The position numbers were made by a program, and so were the translations under genes. From the NCBI RefSeq assembly GCF_003352835.1, contig NZ_QLVD01000032.1, positions 123,886-155,885 on the forward strand: DNA of 32,000 bases, read 5' to 3'. The notes beneath the pieces were generated by a model that had not been told where the DNA came from, made no database searches, and saw only the letters and a list, made by a program, of their open reading frames with translations. This DNA is from Ornithinimicrobium murale. GTDB lineage: Bacteria > Actinomycetota > Actinomycetes > Actinomycetales > Dermatophilaceae. Of the stretch, positions 17,889 through 26,199 are shown piece by piece; the stretch's first letter is position 1, and each line of letters opens with the position of its first letter.

Positions 17889-18611
17889 ATGAGCGAGGCA
17901 GAGCCCACGAAGGGGCACAGGCCAGGCGCCCGGGAGCGCAACCGCGCCGAGGTGATGGCCCAGATCATGACCGCCGGGCGACGCGCGCTGGCCGAGCACG
18001 GGGCTGACGGGCTCTCGCTGCGGGCCGTCGCCCGGGAGGTCGGCATGGTCTCCTCGGCCGTCTACCGCTACGTCGCCAGCCGCGACGAGTTGCTCACCCT
18101 GCTCATCATCGAGAGCTATGACGCCGTGGGCGCGGTGGCCGAGCGGGCGGCGGCCGGTGGCGGGAGCGCCGTCCAGCGGTTCGTGGCGGTCGCCATGGCG
18201 GTGCGGGACTGGGGGCGGGCGCACCCGCACGAGTACGCCCTGCTGCACGGCTCCCCGGTGCCCGGGTACCGCGCTCCCGACGACACCATCACCGCAGGGA
18301 CCCGGGTCCCGGCTGCGCTGATCGGCCTGCTCGTCGAGGAGTATGCCGCGGGTCGGCTCAGCGTGCCGGTCGCCAGCGAGGGACCTCCGGTGAGCGAGGA
18401 GTTGTCGCGCCAGTGCGACAGCGTGCGCGACTTCTTCGGCTCCGACCTGCCCGACGAGTTGGTGCTGCGGGGAGTCTCCGCGTGGACTCACGTCTACGGC
18501 CTGATCAGCTTCGAGCTGTTCGGGCAGTTCCGGAACAGTTTCGAGCCGGCCGATGACCTGCTGGAGCTGCAGTTCGAGCGGATCGCGGCACACCTGGGTG
18601 TGCAGAGCTGA
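17889..18611 (+). CDS. TetR/AcrR family transcriptional regulator (divergent from the DoxX-like gene)
   Basis: HTH signature: NRAEVMAQIMTAGRRALAEHGADGLSLRAVAREVGMVSSAVYRYVASRDELLTLL. The start is ATG 17889 (MSEAEP…) or the tracked 17853. Confidence 0.88.
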   Translation: MSEAEPTKGHRPGARERNRAEVMAQIMTAGRRALAEHGADGLSLRAVAREVGMVSSAVYRYVASRDELLTLLIIESYDAVGAVAERAAAGGGSAVQRFVAVAMAVRDWGRAHPHEYALLHGSPVPGYRAPDDTITAGTRVPAALIGLLVEEYAAGRLSVPVASEGPPVSEELSRQCDSVRDFFGSDLPDELVLRGVSAWTHVYGLISFELFGQFRNSFEPADDLLELQFERIAAHLGVQS

Positions 18612-18634
18612 GGTCCGTGCGGATGACCACCAGG

Positions 18635-18678
18635 TCGACCGCGTCCTCTCGCTCCGGGGGGCGAGAAGACGCGGTCGA
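18635..18678. terminator. Strong hairpin between convergent TetR and M28 peptidase genes
   Basis: TCGACCGCGTCCTCTCGC / GCGAGAAGACGCGGTCGA form an 18-bp stem with one mismatch and an 8-nt loop. Confidence 0.5.
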
Positions 18679-18689
18679 GTTGGCGTGGT

Positions 18690-18709
18690 CACTGATCGGG
18701 AGATCAGTG
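18690..18709. terminator. Second hairpin in the same convergent gap
   Basis: CACTGATC-GGGA-GATCAGTG is a perfect 8-bp stem with a tetraloop. Confidence 0.4.
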
Positions 18710-18762
18710 GTGAGGAGGTCAGCAGCTCCCGAGTGTCACCGGGAGGTGCCGACCTCGCCGGC

Positions 18763-20301
18763 TCACTGGAAGGTGCCCTCCGGTCCGGCCGGCGCCGGGA
18801 TCTGGAAGTTTCCAGGCACCTTCGCACCCGGGACACCGTTGACCGACTCCGTGGAGTAGGCGAAGGTCAGCACGGCGAAGGCCACCGAGTCGACGTTGAC
18901 GTCCAGGGCGTGCATGTCCACGTTGCCCAGGTCGTCACAGGCCTGGTGATAGCACGGGTCGAACCAGTCGCCCGCCGTGCCACCCCAGATCGCGGCCTGC
19001 TCGTCGGTCTTGACGCCCTCGGCGCCGGTGAACAGACCACCGGAGGGGATGTCGTTGGCGATGAACGCCTGGTAGTCGCTGCGCCCGCTGAACTGCGTGT
19101 CGTCATAGGGCTCGCCACGCAGGGTGTAGAACGACTCGAACGTCTCCTCGATGACGATAGAGCCGTCCGGGATCGGCACACCCGCGGGGGCCGGGAAGGT
19201 CGACTCGTTGGCGTCATAGACCCCGAGGAAGTAGTTCGGAGACCCGATCATGTCGAAGTTCAGGTAGAGCGCGATGCGGTCGAGCTCCTCCTGCGACTGG
19301 TCGGCGACCCACTCCGTGGAGCCGATCAGACCGATCTCCTCAGCGCCCCAGAACGCGAAACGCACGGTGTTCTGCGGGGTGTGGTTGCCCAGCTTCTCAG
19401 CGACCTCCAGCTGGCCTGCCGAGCCGCTGCCGTTGTCGTTGATCCCGGCGCCGCCGGAGACACTGTCCAGGTGGGCACCGGCCATGACCACGTTGTCGGC
19501 GTTCTCACCCGGCAGCTCGGCGATGACGTTGAGCGACTGCTTGGTCACGTAGTCCACCTGGACCCGGGCGGTCGAGCCGTCCTGGGCCAGCGCCTCTCCA
19601 TCGGCATAGGTCAGTCCGGCGACTGGGATGGTCACCACGGACGGCACCAGCGTCGGGTTGAGCGCGCCGCACCGGTCCGGGGTGTCGCACTGGTTGAAGA
19701 TCAGCACCGCGCTCGCTCCGGCCGCCTCGGCGTTCTCCGCCTTGAGGCCGAAGGCACAGGTCCCACGCTGGACGAGCGCGATGTCACCGGCGGTGAAGTC
19801 GGCAAAGTCTGCTGCCTCGCAGCCGCTGGAGTTGGCCCGTGGTGGATCGAGGGCCACGTCGACCGGGGTGACGGCGGCGGTGACGTCGCCCTCGCCGGAC
19901 CCTTCGGCCACGTAGTGGTCGTAGGGGGCGGAGACGGGCGTCAGCTGCTCGACCACGGAGTCGGTGCCCTCATAGTCGAAGGGCACGGCCTCGGCGTCCC
20001 AGCCTGCACCGCTCAGCGTCTCGACGACATAGTCGACGCTGGCCTGGTAGCCGGGTGAGCCCTCGGACCGGTCACCGTGCTCGTCGGCGATGGCCTGGAA
20101 GGCCTCGAGGTGCTCGAAGGCGCCCTCGCCGCTGACGCAGTCGAGAAGCTTGTCATAGCTGTTGTTGTTGCGGTTCTCGCAGGCGACCGGGTTGGGGGCG
20201 GGCGGTGCTGCGGTGCTCGGCAGGGCCACCAGACCGGAAACGGCCAGGCCTCCTGCCGCGAGGAGCACGCCGGCTCTGCGGGCGCGGATGTGACGGAACA
20301 T
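18763..20301 (-). CDS. Secreted M28-family aminopeptidase with PA (protease-associated) domain
   Basis: Signal peptide (…LAVSGLVALPSTAAP). A PA-domain segment is present (…CEAADFADFTAGDIALVQRGTCAFGLKAENAEAAGA…). M28 metal-ligand regions follow (VVMAGAHLDSV, NDNGSGSA, FWGAEEIGLIGS, NFDMIGS). Confidence 0.9.
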   Translation of the reverse strand: MFRHIRARRAGVLLAAGGLAVSGLVALPSTAAPPAPNPVACENRNNNSYDKLLDCVSGEGAFEHLEAFQAIADEHGDRSEGSPGYQASVDYVVETLSGAGWDAEAVPFDYEGTDSVVEQLTPVSAPYDHYVAEGSGEGDVTAAVTPVDVALDPPRANSSGCEAADFADFTAGDIALVQRGTCAFGLKAENAEAAGASAVLIFNQCDTPDRCGALNPTLVPSVVTIPVAGLTYADGEALAQDGSTARVQVDYVTKQSLNVIAELPGENADNVVMAGAHLDSVSGGAGINDNGSGSAGQLEVAEKLGNHTPQNTVRFAFWGAEEIGLIGSTEWVADQSQEELDRIALYLNFDMIGSPNYFLGVYDANESTFPAPAGVPIPDGSIVIEETFESFYTLRGEPYDDTQFSGRSDYQAFIANDIPSGGLFTGAEGVKTDEQAAIWGGTAGDWFDPCYHQACDDLGNVDMHALDVNVDSVAFAVLTFAYSTESVNGVPGAKVPGNFQIPAPAGPEGTFQ

Positions 20302-20462
20302 CTTGATGCGACCTCCTTGTCGCTCGGGTGAGATCCCGGGACGGGGGGTGACTCCCGGGTCGCCGTGCCGTGGCAGGACGATCCGCTGAACGTAGCGTCA
20401 CCGGTGTCCGGAGGGAAGGGGCTGCGCGCAACCCTGCGCCGGACGGTCATCGAGGCAGGGAC

Positions 20463-20933
20463 TCAGCCCTCGGGCATCACCGTGGCGGCCAGGACCGCAC
20501 CCAGCTCCTGACAGGACTCCAGGGCCGCCCGGTCAGGGGACCCCAGCACCTCCACCGTGGGCGCGACCGGCTCCCAGCCCAGCGCCGAGGTGATGCTGCT
20601 GATCGCGCGGACCGCGCCCTCGAGCCCCTCGTTGCCGTGGACGTAGGCGCCCCACGGGCGCTTCGTCGTGGCCTCTAGGCACGGATAGTAGATCTGGTCG
20701 AAGAAGTGCTTCAGCGCCCCGGACATGTAGCCGATGTTCGCGGGCGTGCCCAGCAGGTAGGCATCGGCCTCGAGCACGTCGACGGCACTGGCCGCCAGCG
20801 CGGGGCGGACCACCACGTCCACGCCTGTGATCTCCGCGTCGCGGGCGCCGGCGAGTGCGGCCTCGAGCATCGCCTGCATGCCAGGTGAGGGCGTGTGGTG
20901 GACGACCAGGAGCCGTGAGGGGGAGTCGGTCAT
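20463..20933 (-). CDS. Flavodoxin-like fold / NAD(P)H-dependent FMN reductase family protein
   Basis: 156 aa: LLVVHHTPSPGMQAMLEA…ADAYLLGTPANIGYMSGALKHFFD is typical of flavodoxin-like reductases. Confidence 0.7.
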   Translation of the reverse strand: MTDSPSRLLVVHHTPSPGMQAMLEAALAGARDAEITGVDVVVRPALAASAVDVLEADAYLLGTPANIGYMSGALKHFFDQIYYPCLEATTKRPWGAYVHGNEGLEGAVRAISSITSALGWEPVAPTVEVLGSPDRAALESCQELGAVLAATVMPEG

Positions 20934-20996
20934 TCCTCCAGGTTAGGGGCTGTATGCCGAGGCGCACCGGGGCAGTCTGCCCCACCGACCCGTCGG

Positions 20997-22535
20997 TCAG
21001 CTCCGCCAGGGCCGCTTGCCGTGCAGCACGGTGACGGCCGCCCGGAAGATCCCGTCGGTGCGGGTGCGCCGTTGGAAGTTGGTCATGCTGACCGGGGGCG
21101 TGAACCGTTGGCGTGCAACGGACTTGGCATAGCAGAACTCGCGGAGACCGTCGGCGCCGTGGATCCGCCCGAACCCGGAGTCACCGACCCCACCGAAGGG
21201 CAGCTCGGGCAGCCCGGCAAACCCGATCACGTTGTTGACCGAGGTCATCCCGCTGCGCAGTCTCCGGGCGACCTCCGGACCGTGTCGCCGGGAGTAGACC
21301 GCACCACCGAGTCCGTAGCCCACGGCGTTGGCCGAGGCCACCGCGTCGTTCAGGTCGGCCACGCGTTCCACGGTGATGACCGGGCCGAAGGTCTCCTCCA
21401 CCTGAATGCGGGCGCCCTCAGGGATGTCGACCAGCACGACCGGCTGCAGTGTCCGTTCGGGGTCGGTCAGCAGGCTGTCCGCCCCGATGCCATCATTCGT
21501 GCCCGGCGCGTCACCGACCACCACGCGGGCCCCGCCGGTCACTGCCTCGGTGATCTGCTCGCGGATGATGCCGACCTGCTTGGGCAGCGTGATCGGCCCG
21601 AGGTCGGCGTTCACATCCAGCCCGGCCCGCACCTGGCCCGCCTCCCGCACGATCGCCGCCACGACCTCGTCATAGACCGCCGTGTGGGCCAGCACCCGCT
21701 CGACCCCGATGCAGGTCTGGCCGGCGTTGCTCATCCCGCCCCAGACGGCTGCCTGTGCGGCGGCGGCCACGTCGGCGTCCTCGTCGACGATCAGGGCGTC
21801 CTTGCCGCCGCCCTCGATCAGCACCGGCGTCAGGGTCTCGGCGCAGGCGGCCATCACCTTCTTCGCAGTGGCGGTCGAGCCGGTGAACCCCAGCTTGTCG
21901 ACGCCGGCCCTGCACAGTGCCTCGCCCACCTCGGCCTCGCCCTGCACCACCTGCAGGCACGGGCTGCCGACCGCACGCTCGAAGCTGTCGGCGAGCCACT
22001 GGCCGGTCTGGGGAGTGAGCTCGGAGGGCTTGAAGACCACGGTGTTGCCGCCGGCGAGGGCATAGCCGATCGAGCCCATCGGTGTGAACACCGGATAGTT
22101 CCACGGACCGATCACTCCGATGACGCCGTAGGGCAGGTACTCCACGGTCGCGGCCAGGTGAGCGGCCAGCAGCGTCGAGCCGACCCGTCGCCGGCCGAGC
22201 ACCGAGGGAGCCTTTCGAGCGGCCCACGCCAGGTGCTCGATGGCCAGTCCGACCTCGAGCATCGCGTCACCGTGTGGCTTGCCCGTCTCGCGGCGGACCA
22301 CCGCGGCCAGGTCGTCCATGCCCGCCGTCAGCTCCTGGCGCCACCGGTCCAACAGGTGCCGCCGGCCGGCGAACCCGATGCTCGCCCACCAGGGCTGGGT
22401 CTCTCGGGCCAGGCCGACCGCGCGGGTCACCAGCTCGCTGGGGTCACTGGTGCCGTATGCCGTCCGCTCACCACCGGTGCCCACCGCACCGGTGCGGTGG
22501 CCGGGGGCGGGACTGTCGGCATACGGGCTGGTCAT
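20997..22535 (-). CDS. Aldehyde dehydrogenase family protein
   Basis: 512 aa with ALDH motifs: VFKPSELTP, FTGSTATAK, the catalytic-Cys region NAGQTCIGVERV and EETFGPV. Confidence 0.92.
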   Translation of the reverse strand: MTSPYADSPAPGHRTGAVGTGGERTAYGTSDPSELVTRAVGLARETQPWWASIGFAGRRHLLDRWRQELTAGMDDLAAVVRRETGKPHGDAMLEVGLAIEHLAWAARKAPSVLGRRRVGSTLLAAHLAATVEYLPYGVIGVIGPWNYPVFTPMGSIGYALAGGNTVVFKPSELTPQTGQWLADSFERAVGSPCLQVVQGEAEVGEALCRAGVDKLGFTGSTATAKKVMAACAETLTPVLIEGGGKDALIVDEDADVAAAAQAAVWGGMSNAGQTCIGVERVLAHTAVYDEVVAAIVREAGQVRAGLDVNADLGPITLPKQVGIIREQITEAVTGGARVVVGDAPGTNDGIGADSLLTDPERTLQPVVLVDIPEGARIQVEETFGPVITVERVADLNDAVASANAVGYGLGGAVYSRRHGPEVARRLRSGMTSVNNVIGFAGLPELPFGGVGDSGFGRIHGADGLREFCYAKSVARQRFTPPVSMTNFQRRTRTDGIFRAAVTVLHGKRPWRS

Positions 22536-22568
22536 GCTTCCTATCCTGACCCGCTAGAGTCGGATCAC

Positions 22569-22722
22569 CAAGGTCTGGCGGGGGAAGCCGGTGCGAGTCC
22601 GGCGCTGACCCGCAGCCGTGACCCACTTGTGGGGAGCCGGAATGCCTGCCGGGCCTGGCGCTCATCAGATATCCGTCGTGGTCTGCGGATCGAGTCGCAG
22701 CCGGGAGACTGGCCCGGCGGCG
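22569..22722 (+). promoter_or_regulatory. Cobalamin (B12) riboswitch
   Basis: The conserved core GGGGAAGCCGGTGCGAGTCCGGCGCTGACCCGCAGCCGTGA (22581-22621) aligns closely with the E. coli btuB leader as I recall it (AGGGAATCCAGTGCGAATCTGGAGCTGACGCGCAGCGGTAA). The B12 box AGCCGGGAGACTGGCC (22699-22714) matches AGCCCGAAGACCTGCC. Orientation and position place it in the 5' leader of the CDS at 22758. Boundaries are approximate. Confidence 0.82.
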
Positions 22723-22757
22723 CGGGACGTGGGCCACCGCACCTGGGAAGGTCCCAC

Positions 22758-24572
22758 ATGTCCCGCACGCTCAGCGTGGCGCTGGCCTCGGCCGCGTCAC
22801 TCGCCCTGCTCGCCCCCGCGGCGCTCGCCGCTCCCAACGACGCCGAGGCCACCGAGGCCGCTGCCGACTACATCGCCGAGAACGTCACGCCCGAGGACAA
22901 CGGCGCCGGTGCCAACGCCGACGCCGTGCTGGCCCTGCTGGCCGCCGGCGGTCACGACGACCAGGTCGCCGAGTTGGTCGAGGTCCTGCGGACCCAGGCG
23001 GGGGACTACGCCGGTGCCGGCGGTCCCGCCGCCGGCAAGCTGGCGCTGGTCGCCGCTGCCACCGGTGCCGACGCGACCGACTTCGGCGGTGTCGACCTGA
23101 TCGCGGCGATCCAGGACTCGATCGCCGAGGACGGCACCTGCGGCGACTTCGCCTACGCCTTCGGCAACGCCCTGTGCATCATCGGGCTGGACCGCAACGG
23201 CGCCGAGGTGCCGGACGAGCTGCTGGCCAACTCCCTGGCGTTCCAGGGCCCCAAGGGTGCGTTCGGCTTCACCGGTGAGGACGGTTTCGTCCCCGAGAAC
23301 GATGCGACCGGCATGATGCTCACCGCCCTCTCCGGTGTGGCCGACGACCGCGATGCCGCCCTGGCTGCCGCGGCAGCCCGTGACTACCTGGTCGAGGCGC
23401 AGGCCGACGACGGCTCCTGGGACGGCTATGTGCCCGTCAACACCACGGGCCTGGTGGCCCCGGCGCTGCAGACCCTTGGGGTCGACATCGAGGACGCGGT
23501 CACGTGGGTCGCCGGCCAGCAGACCGAGGACGGTGGACTGCCCGCCGAGGTCGACGGCGAGACGAGCGACCTGATGGCCACCACGCAGGGCATCCTGCCG
23601 CTGGCGGGCGAGAGCTACCTCTCGGTCGGCGAGGGCGGCACAGACCTCGTCGAGCTGAGTGTCCAGGCCGACCAGGTCACCCGGGTCGGCGGCGAGAACC
23701 GCTACGAGACCGCGGCCCAGGCCAGCGAGCGCTCCTTCCAGCCCATCGTGGACACGGTGTATGTCGCGACCGGCCAGGAGTTCGCGGACGCGCTGACCGG
23801 CTCGGCCCTGGCCGGCCACCAGAGCGCACCGGTGCTGCTGGTGCAGCAGGACAACGTGCCGCAGGCCACCGCGACCGAGCTGGCCCGCCTCGACGCGGAC
23901 CGGGTCGTGGTGCTCGGCGGTGACGTTGCCGTCTCCGACGACGTGGTGGCCGAGCTGGCCGAGGTCAGCGGCACCGAGGTGACCCGCCTGGCCGGTGAGA
24001 ACCGCTATGAGACGGCGGCCGACGTCGCGGGCGAGTTCACCGAGGTGGACCACGTCTTTGTGGCCACCGGCCTGGAGTACGCAGATGCCCTCGCCGCGTC
24101 GGCCGCTGCCGGAGCGGATGGCGTGCCGGTCCTGCTGGTCAATGAGGGTGGCGTCCCGGACGCCACCGCCGCCTACCTGGAGGGGGTCGAGCCCTCCTCG
24201 ATCACTGTGCTCGGCGGCACCAAGGCCGTGGCCGACGAGACGGTCGAGGAACTGCTCGCTTACACCGACACCGTCGACCGGATCGCGGGTGAGAACCGCT
24301 ATGAGACCGCTGCCGCGCTCTCCGCGCAGCGCGGTGGAGCCGAGGGCGTGGTCCTGGCCACGGGTCAGGACTACCCGGACGCCCTGACCGGTGCGGCCTA
24401 CGCCGCCATGGGTGAGGAGCCGGTGGTGCTGGTCCAGCAGAACCGCGTGCCGAACGACACGCTCGCCGAGTTCGACCGGCTCGCGGCCCGCACCGTGCTC
24501 GTGCTCGGTGGCCCCGCTGCCGTCGCAGAGGCGGTCGTGGAGCAGGTGACCGAGCACGACTACGCCGGCTGA
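22758..24572 (+). CDS. Secreted surface protein: prenyltransferase/terpene-cyclase-like repeat (alpha/alpha-toroid) domain plus three CWB2 cell-wall-binding repeats
   Basis: ATG at 22758 after GGGAAGG, with signal peptide MSRTLSVALASAASLALLAPAALA-AP. QW-like repeats are present (EAQADDGSWDG, GQQTEDGGLP, IAEDGTCGD). Three roughly 98-aa repeats each begin (R/L/I)xGENRYETAA and contain …ATG..(F/Y)(A/P)DAL…P(V)LLV…VLGG, which is the CWB2 pattern. The first 579 codons of the tracked 1183-aa ORF are antisense to the ALDH gene. Confidence 0.85.
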   Translation: MSRTLSVALASAASLALLAPAALAAPNDAEATEAAADYIAENVTPEDNGAGANADAVLALLAAGGHDDQVAELVEVLRTQAGDYAGAGGPAAGKLALVAAATGADATDFGGVDLIAAIQDSIAEDGTCGDFAYAFGNALCIIGLDRNGAEVPDELLANSLAFQGPKGAFGFTGEDGFVPENDATGMMLTALSGVADDRDAALAAAAARDYLVEAQADDGSWDGYVPVNTTGLVAPALQTLGVDIEDAVTWVAGQQTEDGGLPAEVDGETSDLMATTQGILPLAGESYLSVGEGGTDLVELSVQADQVTRVGGENRYETAAQASERSFQPIVDTVYVATGQEFADALTGSALAGHQSAPVLLVQQDNVPQATATELARLDADRVVVLGGDVAVSDDVVAELAEVSGTEVTRLAGENRYETAADVAGEFTEVDHVFVATGLEYADALAASAAAGADGVPVLLVNEGGVPDATAAYLEGVEPSSITVLGGTKAVADETVEELLAYTDTVDRIAGENRYETAAALSAQRGGAEGVVLATGQDYPDALTGAAYAAMGEEPVVLVQQNRVPNDTLAEFDRLAARTVLVLGGPAAVAEAVVEQVTEHDYAG

Positions 24573-24576
24573 TCTG

Positions 24577-24695
24577 CTGATGCCTGGTGCCTGGTGCCTG
24601 ACCGGCTGGGATCTGGCGCCTCGTCGCCTGATGCCTGGTGCCTGACCGCCTGGGATCTGGCGCCTCGTCGCCTGATGCCTGGTGCCTGACCGCCG
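24577..24695. repeat. Tandem repeat, 44-bp unit, about 2.7 copies (the first copy carries an extra 7-bp CTGGTGC slip)
   Basis: CTGATGCCTGGTGCCTGACCG(G/C)CTGGGATCTGGCGCCTCGTCGC starts at 24577, 24628 and 24672. It lies between the stop codon (24570-24572) and the terminator hairpin. Confidence 0.9.
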
Positions 24696-24742
24696 GGGGC
24701 CAGACGGCTGCTTGACACGCTGAGTCACCCCTGACCCCGAAT

Positions 24743-24786
24743 CACGAGGGCGTCCCGGAGTTTCCGGGGCGCCCTCGTGCGTTTGG
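24743..24786 (+). terminator. Rho-independent-type terminator of the surface-protein gene
   Basis: CACGAGGGCGTCCCGG-AGTT-TCCGGGGCGCCCTCGTG forms a 16-bp stem (one G·U pair). It is followed by CGTTTGG. Confidence 0.65.
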
Positions 24787-24811
24787 TGCCGTATTCCGCA
24801 GCTCACCGGTT

Positions 24812-24990
24812 GGTGTCGTGCAGAAGTGGGCAGCGGTGCCCGGTGTTGCACGACGGTGGCTGGTGGCGCCGGGGTGGTGTCGTGCAGGGGCGGTCAGGGG
24901 TGCCCGGTGTTGCACGACGGTGGCTGGTGGCGCCGGGGTGGTGTCGTGCAGGGGCGGTCAGGGGTGCCCGGTGTTGCACGACGGTGGCTG
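24812..24990 (+). repeat. Left array: about 2.8 tandem copies of a 64-bp unit containing a 44-bp core
   Basis: Core copies lie at 24815-24858, 24879-24922 and 24943-24986. The core is GTCGTGCAG(G/A)GGCGGTCAGGGGTGCCCGGTGTTGCACGACGGTG and the linker is GCTGGTGGCGCCGGGGTG. The first copy has diverged in its central part. Confidence 0.92.
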
Positions 24991-25120
24991 GCCGCGTGAG
25001 CACGCCAGGTGACTCTGTGGTGGAGTCGATCCGCAGGATGGCTGGTGCGGTGAGTTTCGACGGCGTACTTGTCCACAGCCTCGTCAGCGCTGAGCCGACT
25101 GTTTGGGGCACAGTTGCGCG

Positions 25121-26158
25121 ATGAAACGCATACAGGCGAGCGAGCCGGGCGGGGCCTCGCAGGAGGATAGGCCGCCGGGCGTGGCCCGCCGCGCGCGGCA
25201 GCAACGGCGCCGGGCCGTGGCGAGTGCTCGGGCCGTGCGGTTTGGCGGTGTGGTGCACCGGCGGACCCTTCGGGCAGACGGGATCACCCGCGATGAAGAA
25301 CGTAGTGAGGTCCGAGGCGGCCGATGGACCGTGGTGGGGCGGCACACGATCTACGTCGGCGCACCCACAGCAGGTGGCCTCGCTCCGGCCAATGACTTGT
25401 GGGCCTGGCGCCGCCCCACCACCTGGCCCGCCACGGCGGCATGGGCCGTGTGGGAGGCAGGGTCTGGAGCCTTGCTTGACGGCACATCAGCACTCCTGGC
25501 GGCAGGGTTATCCAACTTCGATGACTCCCTGATCCATGTGACCGTGCCTCGCGGGACGAGAGCCAGACGCCTACCGGGGGTGCGCTTGCACCGTCCTCGG
25601 GTGGCGCACCGAGCGGTGGCCTCTGGAGTGCCCACCGTGTCCGTGGAGGCGGCGACGCTCAACGCGGCACAGTGGGCTGTCTCCGATCGCCAGGCGGCCC
25701 TGCTCCTGGTGATGCCGGTCCAGCAACGATTGACGACAGGGGATCGACTCCTGGTGGAGTGGACCGCACGTCGGCGCGTGGCGCGGGCGGAGTTCATCAG
25801 CAGCATCCTGCGCGATGTGACGGCTGGCGCCGAAGCCCTCGGCGAGTTGGACTTTGCACGGCTGTGCCGCGAACACGCAGTGCCCGAGCCGACCCGACAG
25901 GTGGTGCGGGAAGGGCTCAAGGGCCGGATCTTCCTCGATGTCCAGTGGGAGGATTACCGGGCAGGAGTCGAGATCGACGGGGGACAGCATGGCATGGGGC
26001 TGAAGCGGGTGGAGGACGCGCTGCGTGACAACGAGCTGCTGCTCGCCAAGAATCCGATGCTGCGCATCCCCATTGTCGGTCTCCGCACGCATCAAGAGGA
26101 ATTCCTGGACCAGGTGCGCCGGCTGCTCGAGAGCCGGCGACCGGAGCGCCCGGCGTGA
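25121..26158 (+). CDS. DUF559 (Vsr/PD-(D/E)XK-like endonuclease fold) protein with AbiEi_4-like N-terminal wHTH region
   Basis: N-terminal segment: …RFGGVVHRRTLRADGITRDEERSEVRGGRWTVVGRHTIYVG. C-terminal segment: …GRIFLDVQWEDYRAGVEIDGGQHGMGLKRVEDALRDNELLLAKNPMLRI. Both fit the actinobacterial DUF559 family pattern. ATG 25121 is preferred over the tracked TTG at 25103. Confidence 0.75.
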   Translation: MKRIQASEPGGASQEDRPPGVARRARQQRRRAVASARAVRFGGVVHRRTLRADGITRDEERSEVRGGRWTVVGRHTIYVGAPTAGGLAPANDLWAWRRPTTWPATAAWAVWEAGSGALLDGTSALLAAGLSNFDDSLIHVTVPRGTRARRLPGVRLHRPRVAHRAVASGVPTVSVEAATLNAAQWAVSDRQAALLLVMPVQQRLTTGDRLLVEWTARRRVARAEFISSILRDVTAGAEALGELDFARLCREHAVPEPTRQVVREGLKGRIFLDVQWEDYRAGVEIDGGQHGMGLKRVEDALRDNELLLAKNPMLRIPIVGLRTHQEEFLDQVRRLLESRRPERPA

Positions 26159-26199
26159 AGGGTGTCGCCGGCGGGGCGATTGAGGTGACCGCGACGATT

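Noticed and set aside
17808-18836. Upstream 340 codons of the 472-aa minus-strand ORF.
   Set aside because: This part is antisense to the TetR gene at 17889-18611. Only the C-terminal 129 aa (from ATG 17807) looks like a real DoxX-like membrane protein.
18553-20058. 501-aa plus-strand ORF.
   Set aside because: It is antisense to the M28 aminopeptidase, which has clear metal-ligand motifs and a signal peptide. The ORF itself has a shadow-ORF composition.
21021-22757. The N-terminal 579 codons of the 1183-aa plus-strand ORF.
   Set aside because: This stretch is antisense to a well-supported aldehyde dehydrogenase gene and runs through the riboswitch. Its translation is low-complexity and R/G/P/A-rich. 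The real gene starts at ATG 22758, with an RBS and a signal peptide.
22797-24851. 684-aa minus-strand ORF.
   Set aside because: It is antisense to the CWB2 surface-protein gene and extends into the tandem repeats. Its G/R/V-rich composition is typical of a high-GC shadow ORF, and I recognise no motifs in it.
24777-25124. 115-aa plus-strand ORF and small minus-strand ORFs with recurring VQHRAPLTASAR-type peptides (also at 26218-26400).
   Set aside because: The repeated peptides simply mirror the DNA tandem repeats. There is no RBS or coding-type composition, so the region is better explained as non-coding repeat arrays.
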